From: Chlorokybus atmophyticus
Taxonomy: Eukaryota; Plantae; Mesostigma and Chlorokybus algae
Length of the DNA: 8,138 bases
Assembly: GCA_009103225.1 (NCBI GenBank)
Contig: RHPI01002112.1
Location: 1-8,138 of the forward strand
Direction of reading: 5' to 3'
The notes below the pieces were generated by a model. The model made no database searches and was not told the origin of the DNA. It worked only from the letters and a program-made list of their open reading frames with translations. Shown here in pieces: positions 1 through 6,450 of the stretch (positions are counted from its first letter, which is position 1; the number at the start of each line of letters is the position of its first letter). The position numbers and the translations under genes are program-made.

Positions 1-103
1 ATCAAGCTTGACCCAATGCATGAGCTTGCACAAGGTAAGCCTCCCGACAACTTCGCCAGTGTGGTTGTCGTTCACCCTCCAGACATCGGGCGCGATGCGT
101 GTA
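1..103 (-). pseudogene. Distal remnant of transposase exon 3, cut off by the solo LTR
   Basis: Deleting 109-579 plus one AGGTA copy gives ...VEVDYL-TRIAPDVWRVNDNHTGEVVGRLTLCKLMHWVKLD, open to the window edge. Confidence 0.8.
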
Positions 104-108
104 AGGTA
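104..108. repeat. Target-site duplication AGGTA (left copy; right copy at 580-584)
   Basis: Identical 5-mers directly abut both LTR ends; 5 bp is the usual copia TSD length. Confidence 0.92.
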
Positions 109-579
109 TGTTGACATACACACGTGCAAGTGACACGCCATCACAACATCAACACAAGAGCATGACTGCTACTGCCGCCATAGCATCCGCACACATGCTA
201 CATCGTGACCTCTTATCTTCATTGCAACAAGTCTGGGCTTTATACCCCGCCAGTCTCTACACACGTCTACATTGGCAAGCACCGCGTGCGCTATACTCAG
301 CCGATTGCTGTTCTGTAAGCTACGCTGTCTAGCTTACAACCAGAGCTTCTCAACAAGCTAAGCCACGCTTGCTAAGCTTACGTATCCACGAAGCTACGCG
401 ATTTCTCCCAAGGCTCTACCAAGCAGCCTGGTCCGGAGTCCGTCATGACTCGACCGTCTTGCTAAGTCTGGAGTCCACGCGCTTCTTCCTGGTACCTTCG
501 ACCCTCGACTCCTGTATGAAGGGCAAGCTGACCGGATACAAGCATCACCCATGTAATACCTTCAACAATACCTTCAACA
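109..579 (-). mobile_element. Solo LTR of a Ty1/copia family (471 bp)
   Basis: Termini TGTTGA (109-114) and TCAACA (574-579), flanked by a perfect AGGTA direct repeat. Shares exact 12-13-nt blocks in inverted orientation with LTR 5983-6406: 290-302/6224-6236, 336-348/6178-6190, 457-468/6063-6074. Confidence 0.92.
556..579. repeat. Perfect 12-bp tandem duplication ATACCTTCAACA x2 at the LTR 5' (U3) terminus
   Basis: 556-567 and 568-579 are identical. Confidence 0.95.
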
Positions 580-1239
580 AGGTAATCGACCTCAACCTGC
601 TTGTCCTCCTCTAATATGTTCCTAACCACAGCATACCAAGGTCCGGGATCATCCTCGTCGCAGGCGTCTTCTTGTGAGTCTTCATCCACGGCAGGTGCCT
701 TGCGCGTGTTTGCTCTCTTACTGCGACGTGGCTGCTGGGTTGCGCATGCATTGCTGTCGTTGAGTTGCTCCTGCAACTCCATGCAGAACTCGTTGGCAGG
801 TTCTGTGGGCAACTTCAAGTCCCAAACGAACTTGGCTTGATCGCGTATTTGCACCACCTCGCCGACTTTAGGCCAGATGGGGACATCAACATCGCCGGCC
901 TTGACATGCAGGTCAGGGTTCTGCAGATCATATGCTAGTTGCGGAGCTCTGTCAGCCTTGGAACCAGCTTTGGTCTGCCGATTGGGCAGCATCATGAACT
1001 TTCGCAGAAGTCTGTCAGCTGGAATACATACTTCGTCGGAGCTCAAAGCCTTCACCAGGGCCGACCTTGTGTCAAGGTCACGGTACAAGGCACCAGCTGT
1101 GTCTGTGTACATGACGTATTGGCGACCAGCAATGAAGACTTGAGGCTTCTTCTTGTAGATATGCACAAATACTTGCTTCACAGCAATGTAACTGTGGTCG
1201 TCTGTTACAACGTTATCAATGCCTAGGGGCGACTCTGTT
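580..1239 (-). CDS. CACTA-like transposase, exon 3 (part upstream of the LTR insertion): DUF4216-like region and start of a C-terminal beta domain
   Basis: Open frame continuous with exon 2 after splicing. It reads up to ...WYAVVRNILEEDKQVEVDYL at the insertion point. With the LTR present, translation runs 39 codons into the LTR and stops at 462-464. Confidence 0.8.
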
Positions 1240-1324
1240 CTGCACAGTAGAACACAAAGCTTGGTAGCAGTCAGACAGCAAGCACAACAGCACGTGTGAG
1301 GACAACAATAGCAAGCAATCTAAC
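1240..1324 (-). other. Spliceosomal intron 2 (85 nt, phase 2)
   Basis: CAC AG|GTTAGA donor, CTGAC branch-like motif, TGTGCAG|A acceptor. Removal gives NGEIHR-TESPLGIDNVVTDDHSYIAVKQVFVHIY, in frame with ORF 462..1181. Confidence 0.8.
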
Positions 1325-4089
1325 CTGTGAATCTCCCCATTAAGCAGCACAGCCTTGTAGTGGTAAGCCGTATTCTGCACGAGATGCCTAGCATCTGCTC
1401 TGATGTGCCTGCTGACCATCTCAAACCGCTCTGAGCTTAGTGGTGTGGGTTGACCTGGCAGCTGGCCAATAAGTATGCCTCGAGCAAGAATGTCTTGTGA
1501 CTCAGACCGGTGTGGACACGTCTCAGCCTTCTTCCAGAGTTCCAAAGCCTTGCTTTGACTGGGTGCTTCGTACCAGAAACCTCCAACACCGCTGGACACG
1601 CGATGGGACCGCAACTGCAGCTGAACGCGTGTTGCAAAGACCATGCCCGTGCGCTGGTCTTCGCGCAAGACAGTAAGCAGCCGCTCGTACCACAAGCGTA
1701 CGTGTCGATGTATGTAGCTGAACTCATACTCTTTGTTGTTGGTGCTGGTCTCCAAGTGATCTGAGACAGCGCGCTCGAAGACGTAGCACCAGTACACATC
1801 ATGGCTGCCGTGGCGGAAGATATCGTCCAGCAGATGACCTGCTCCAGCAGCATGCTCTAGAGGTCTCAAGTTGTGGCCAAAGCATTCTTCTGAGTTGATA
1901 CGCCAGTAACGCAGTAAGCTGTCTGCCAGTCTGAGGGTGTCTTCGGTCCAGCCATTGAAGCGGGAGTGGCGATAGAACAGGCAGATGAGCTTGTGTAAGG
2001 ACATGAAGACGTCGCGCATGTGCGAAGTCAGCAAGCCCGTTGTCACGTAAGGTGCAAAGTCCTGCATAAACTTCTGGTAGTCTTCTGCCTTCCACCAGCC
2101 CAGCCTGTCTGTAATCCCCTTTGGAGAGCGCCCGGATCGCATTTCCTTGATCAAGGCTGCAGTGAAGTCCTTAAGCCTGGCCTCCACCAAGGGAACATCC
2201 ACCACCCTTTCGTGCGCTCCCTTTGCAAAAACTGCATGGCAGAGGCCCTTCACTAGACCTTCACACAAGGTGTGCATGACGTCGTACACCACGTCCTTGA
2301 GTGGGCTGAAGCCATAGGCATGGTAGAGGCGCCACAGTTGGCTCCTGCCTGTGACACCTGTCTCCATGCTGACTTGTGTTCCAATAGCAGGGGTAGCAGC
2401 AGTCTCCAGCTTATCAATGTTGGTCAGAGTCTCCTGTTCTTCTCTCTCGGGCCATGGATGTCTTGAGTGCATGAAGTTCTGATCGTAGCGGTAGACCTTC
2501 TTCTGGTAGGTGTTGAGCTCCACTGCTTGGGAGTTGCTAGGACCAGCTGGACCATTGCTGGTTGATGCAGCAGCACGCTTCTTGCTGGCAGGTTGCTTCT
2601 TCTTCTTCTTCTTCTTCTCAGCCGCCTGCTTCTTATTCCTGCTAGCAGACTTTGCCTGGCTGCTGGACTTGGAAACAGCCTTCTTGCAAGCAGACACCTG
2701 CTCGTCGTCGGACTCTGGAGCAGCCTTGCGCTTTACAGGCCTTTGGGCTTCTTCCATGTAGGGCTGGGCCTTACACCAGCATCTGCGGCAGCCCAAGATG
2801 CCACCATCTTTCATCTTCAGTATCTGACACTGGGCTGGGTGATCACCAGCCCAGATGAGCAGCATCGCACGCAAGCGCGTGGTAGCACCGGCTGCTTGAG
2901 AGTGCAGGTCAGGGCAAACTTCAGAGGTGGGGAGGGCATAATTGCAGGTGAAGCCCTCAAGCAGCAGTGATTCGAGCTCGTCTATAAGTGGCTTCAGAAA
3001 GGGGTCCATGTTGTCAACCCCCTTGGGAAGCTGATCTTTGGGCACAAAACCCACAGGAAGAAGCGAAGACGTCTGCGCGCTCAACAACTTGCCTCCGTTC
3101 AAGATGGCCACGTTGATCATCAGCGTGTTGCGGGGGCTGGTGCTGGCTGTGGTGAAGCCGTCCCAGTGGCCAATGAAGATGAGGTTCCTCGGGTCACCGC
3201 AGGCCATATGCTTGAAAGGACAGGTGACCTGCTCGCAGGTGCGACACCGAAACCTCCACTGCGGCCCATCATCACTGTCGCCTTCAGTGAAGTGGTGGCC
3301 TGGTCTGTGAACTGTCTGGCAGTGCTCGCATCTGACTGGCAGCCAGTAGGTCTTCTTGGGGTTGAAGAAGTCGGAGATCTCCCTCATACGAGCTCCATCC
3401 CAGACTTCATGTTGACTGGCAGGAGGTATTGCTGGATCTTTGTCAAGCCACCGCTCCCGGTGCAGCCAGGCCTGGAGCCATTGATGACAGATGGTTGGCA
3501 CGCCCAACATAAGCTGCAACCTTGACCTGAGAGGGAGGTAGTAGAAACTCGTGCCTTCCTTGCGTTTCTGACTGCAGTCTGGGCACTGTTCTTTTGCCAT
3601 GGCCTTGCGCTCCTTCTCGCGCTGCCGGTAGCTGGAGCGCACCGAGTCTTCGTCTTGCACAACGAGCTCAGCATTTGGATAGGGCTTGTCGAACAGGTGG
3701 CCGCAGGCACAGACAGAATAATGCAGTGTTGAAGGCATCCCCATGCGCTCAAACATGCCAATCAGGCTCTTGCAAGTAGTTGGCAGCTTGAAGCCTTCGC
3801 TCTTCTCATCGAACAATCCCTTCTTAGCCAAAGCCATCAGGGAGCTTTCGCCTTTAAAGAGGACAGGGAGCAGTTTGTTGAAGCAGTCCTGCGAGACTCC
3901 AGCTTCGTCTAGGATGGATGAGATCTCGATTATCTTGTCCAGGTAAGTTGTAGACGTCTGCTGCAGATCAGGCAACTTGTCTGCATCAAAGCTGTCCAAA
4001 GTGGGTTGCACAGTGGGAATGCTCCTCAGCCGTCTGGCCGCCTCGTCTTTGGCTAAGTGCGCATCGATGACCAAGCGCGGCTGCATTAT
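1325..4089 (-). CDS. CACTA-like DDE transposase core, exon 2 (Transposase_21/DUF4218-like)
   Basis: CACGH...CPDC, YYLPLRSRL, VWDG, DPRNLIFIGHWDGF (D at 3160-3162), LRAMLLIWAGDHPA (D at 2842-2844), GCRRC (2779-2790), DVMH (2272-2283), WKAEDY, HLLDDIFRHG...WCYVFER (E at 1774-1776). These match the CMC-superfamily signatures C(2)C, [M/L]H and the H..H motif around the DDE triad. The frame is open throughout. Confidence 0.9.
2596..2616. repeat. (CTT)7 microsatellite encoding a 7-lysine run in the transposase
   Basis: Read directly; corresponds to AEKKKKKKKQ on the minus strand. Confidence 0.95.
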
Positions 4090-4167
4090 CTGCGACACAG
4101 TAAGGGTTCAAGCAACGTGCATGCATGGTCACTTGTTCATCAGCGCAGGCCAAGCGAAGCAACTTAC
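4090..4167 (-). other. Spliceosomal intron 1 (78 nt, phase 0)
   Basis: GTAAGT...GTGTCGCAG on the minus strand. It contains an in-frame TGA, and its removal fuses ORFs 4129..4650 and 1216..4098 in frame. Confidence 0.8.
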
Positions 4168-4650
4168 CAAGCCTTTGCACTTGGAGCAGAGGCAAAGGTC
4201 GCGACTGAAGGTTGGAGGCTGCTCAGGCTCAGGCTCTTGGTTGCCAGAATGATCGGATTGCTCGGCGGCTCCAAAGTCCGGCATCTCTGAAGAAGATTGT
4301 TCTGCTGTCTGCTGGTTGGACAGGTGTGGTTGATCTTCAGGCGCAGGCTCGGGCTCCAAGGCAGACGCAGGTGCAGGTTCGGGCTCCAAGGCAGACGCAG
4401 GTGCAGGCTCATGCTCCAAGGCAGACGCAGGTGCAGGCAGCTGCAAATCACCTCCTCCTCCAGTGAGGTGCGGGCTGATGTTTGTTGGACGCGCTTGCTG
4501 GGCGGCCCTCATCTCTTTAAGCAGTGACCGTTTAGCACGTACACTGGCTTTGCGTGGCTTCCCACCAGCATGCTTGATTAGTGCAAGCGTTTCATCAAAC
4601 TGCTCACGCTCGCGCAGAACAGCAGACTGTTGAACAATGCGTCCTGCCAT
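4168..4650 (-). CDS. CACTA-like transposase, exon 1 (161 codons): N-terminal helical/low-complexity region ending in CLCSKC
   Basis: ATG at 4650 in context GCAGCCATGG. Consensus donor TTG|GTAAGT at 4168/4167. After splicing, CLCSKCKGL joins IMQPRLVIDAHL, giving a C-x-C-x2-C...HL pattern like the N-terminal transposase-associated domain (PF13963) of CACTA proteins. Confidence 0.8.
4343..4438. repeat. 30-bp tandem repeat, ~3.2 copies, encoding (PAPASALE[H/P]E)n
   Basis: Units at 4343-4372, 4373-4402 and 4403-4432 plus a partial at 4433-4438; consensus GCAGGCTCGGGCTCCAAGGCAGACGCAGGT. Confidence 0.95.
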
Positions 4651-4652
4651 GG

Positions 4653-4924
4653 CTGCAGATGATAGCGTGTAAGTCGGACTTGAATACTGCTAACAGTGAC
4701 AGCATATGACGGACAACTTGGGGGCTAATAATTGGCAGCAGCGGTCACTGATATCTTGGATTTAGCAAACGAAAACGGAGCAACTACAAGCATTCACCTT
4801 GAACAAGTGAGATTGAATGCAAGACGCCCAGCAGCAAGCTAACAGACTGTAAGGGAGACACTCTCGACCAAGCCTCACTGACAGAGCAAACCAAGCACCA
4901 ATAACAAGCTAGCATAGGCCTTAC
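4653..4924 (-). other. Possible 5'-UTR intron of the transposase gene
   Basis: CTG|GTAAGG donor at 4925/4924 and ATCTGCAG|CCATG acceptor 2 nt before the start codon. Alternative acceptors exist and there is no transcript evidence. Confidence 0.35.
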
Positions 4925-4969
4925 CAGCAAGAGCTCGTGAGCAGAAATAACTCCTTCTTCCCTTTGTCA

Positions 4970-5330
4970 GCAGCTCCGCTCCGCAGCAGCAGCAATTTTG
5001 CTCCGCAGGAGCAGCACTTCCGCTTTGCAGCAGCAATAGCTCAACTCCGCAGCAGCAGCTCAGTTCACCGTCCTCGAGAACCCAAGAATCCAGACAGCTT
5101 CATCCAACCTGCCGCAGCTCAGCTCCAGCTCCAGCTGATGTGCAAATTTTGCCAGATCTGCTTCTTGGTAGAAGCAGCTTCTTCTCATAAGCAGCTCAGC
5201 AGCAGCAGCAGCAGTAGCTCACGCCACTGGCTTCTCCAAGTAAACCAGCAGCAGCAGCTCGCGCCGCCGCCTCCTTCTCTTCCTCCAAGCATGCAGCTCA
5301 GCATCCGCTCCGACCCAGCTCAGCTCAGCT
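4970..5330. repeat. Low-complexity GCA/GCTCA-rich tract, probable transposase 5' leader
   Basis: Runs of (GCA)n and AGCTC. CTCCGCAG[C/G]AGCAGC occurs at 4979, 5001 and 5045. Confidence 0.6.
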
Positions 5331-5357
5331 CCAAGGCTGCTGGTCGGTACGAGGGTG

Positions 5358-5834
5358 TTGTGCCGTTCTCGGCACAAGCCATTGATGTAATCCGCTGCCG
5401 GTCACAGCGCAGGAGGAGAGAAGGCTGCTGCTTTGCTACAGTACAAGTCTACTGTGCCGCTCTCGGCATAAGTTTTCTGCACCGGTAGCGGCACAATGAT
5501 TGACGAACCGTTAACGGATCGCTAGTCTCGTGCCGTGATCGGGATGTGGAACCTTGTACCGATCACGGCACCAGCTCTGTTGTGCCGACTTCAGCTTGGA
5601 CTGTCTTGTGCCGTCAATGGCACAAGGGAGCAAAGGCGCCGACGCCGGCACAAGACTGCAATCTGCGTACCGACCGCGGACGGCTTCTTTTACCAGGAAG
5701 TCCCGACGGCACAGCCTGGTTGTGCCGTTTGCGCCGAAGAAGTTGACTGCTTGTGCCGTGAACGGCACGCACTGCAGGCGCCATGTGGCACCCGTATCCA
5801 ATGTCATTGTGACATTATTTTGCCATTCTTGGCC
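5358..5834. repeat. Subterminal array of inverted-repeat dyads, consensus TTGTGCCG-N4-CGGCACAA
   Basis: Dyads at 5358-5377 (perfect), 5453-5470, 5478-5495, 5529-5546, 5554-5573, 5606-5625, 5635-5653, 5751-5770 and 5821-5833. Half-sites at 5580, 5707 and 5720. Subterminal repeat arrays are an established CACTA feature. Confidence 0.88.
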
Positions 5835-5982
5835 TAGTACCACATCAACACCAGATATGTTGATTGCTACTACTATAAAGGCAAGATTGGCATAATGATT
5901 ACCAATTTAAACCTTCAATTTTACTTCTCCCGTCACTGGCAATGTACCCCCAGCACCGGCAGCCGAAAATGCTGAGGGTTTG

Positions 5983-6406
5983 TGTTGAGAGTATTCCTAC
6001 ATACGATCAGCATCGACCCTCCACACAGGAGTAGAAGGTCGTAAGGACGAGCACTAGGTCCGGACTTAGCAAGATGGCATCGTCGGACCAGACTCCGGAC
6101 TCCAGACTGGAGCCTTACTAACTGCTTCGTATCTCCGCGTATACTTACTCATATTTGGCGTGTAAGAGCTTGTTGGAAAGCTCTGGTTGTGAGAAAGACA
6201 ACGCAGCTTAGAGCGCGTCAAAAGGCTGAGTATAGCTTACGCAGTGCTTGCAAACGTAGACGTGTGTGTAACTGGCTGGTATAAGAACCAGCGGACAACT
6301 TGTAATAGATGAATGTGATGTGACTTGTGTATGCTCTGGTGGCGGTAGCTCTGTCTCTGTGCATCTATGCTTGCCTCAACTACATGTGCATGCTAGTCCT
6401 TCAACA
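5983..6406 (+). repeat. 5' LTR (424 bp)
   Basis: TGTTGA at 5983 and TCAACA ending at 6406, immediately followed by the PBS. Homologous to the solo LTR up to its terminal AATAC(T/C)(C/T)TCAACA. Confidence 0.88.
6278..6286 (+). promoter_or_regulatory. Putative LTR TATA box GGTATAAGA
   Basis: Conserved as GGTATAAAG on the minus strand of the solo LTR (238-246), within the best-conserved block and ~120-130 nt from the U5 end in both copies. Confidence 0.5.
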
Positions 6407-6420
6407 GGTTATGGGCCCAC
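6407..6420 (+). promoter_or_regulatory. Primer-binding site GGTTATGGGCCCAC, complementary to the anticodon arm of initiator tRNA-Met (half-tRNA priming)
   Basis: Directly abuts the LTR end. Same GGTTATG[G/A]GCCC type as Drosophila copia, yeast Ty5 and Volvox Osser. Confidence 0.9.
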
Positions 6421-6450
6421 ACTACGCTTGAGGAGTGTGAGACTAGCTTG

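Larger units (their letters stand above)
1..5839 (-). mobile_element. CACTA/EnSpm-like (CMC) DNA transposon; other end lies beyond position 1; interrupted by a solo LTR
   Basis: Spliced transposase with CACTA-type motifs, plus a subterminal inverted-repeat array at 5358-5834 ending in TAGTA (5835-5839; TACTA on the minus strand). The exact right boundary is inferred. Confidence 0.85.

Noticed and set aside
108-614. ORFs 108..332 and 369..614
   Set aside because: They fall within the solo LTR, are antisense to it, and have no recognisable product.
1216-1324. The C-terminal 36 aa of ORF 1216..4098 (LDCLLLLSSHVLLC...) as a hydrophobic or membrane tail
   Set aside because: Better explained as translated intron 2 and out-of-frame exon 3, given the good splice sites and in-frame join.
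601-4527. Many short plus-strand and alternative-frame ORFs overlapping the transposase
   Set aside because: Shadow ORFs of a long GC-rich coding sequence; none has independent motifs.
4937-5488. 183-aa plus-strand ORF rich in S/Q/A
   Set aside because: GTG start; composition explained by GCA repeats; overlaps the subterminal array; no recognisable motif.
5358-5834. CRISPR-like or integron attC-like reading of the palindromic repeats
   Set aside because: Units are about 20 bp, degenerate and irregularly spaced; there are no cas or integron-integrase genes; the eukaryotic intron-containing context and position at a transposon end explain them.
5511-5895. Four overlapping short ORFs on both strands
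   Set aside because: They lie on the GC-rich dyad array, which is poor in stop codons; no protein motifs.
5874-5981. TATAAA at 5874-5879, a weak hairpin at 5946-5979, and a single telomere-like AGGGTTT at 5975-5981
   Set aside because: Single short matches expected by chance in an AT-rich spacer; no downstream gene or tandem array supports them.
6171-6176. Alternative LTR start TGTTGG at 6171
   Set aside because: Homology with the solo LTR continues leftwards to 5983, where TGTTGA gives the better terminal inverted repeat with TCAACA.
109-6406. The two inverted LTR-like sequences as terminal inverted repeats of one composite element
   Set aside because: The left copy has its own TSD and interrupts the ORF; the right copy is followed by a PBS; they differ in length and U5 sequence. 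They are separate insertions.
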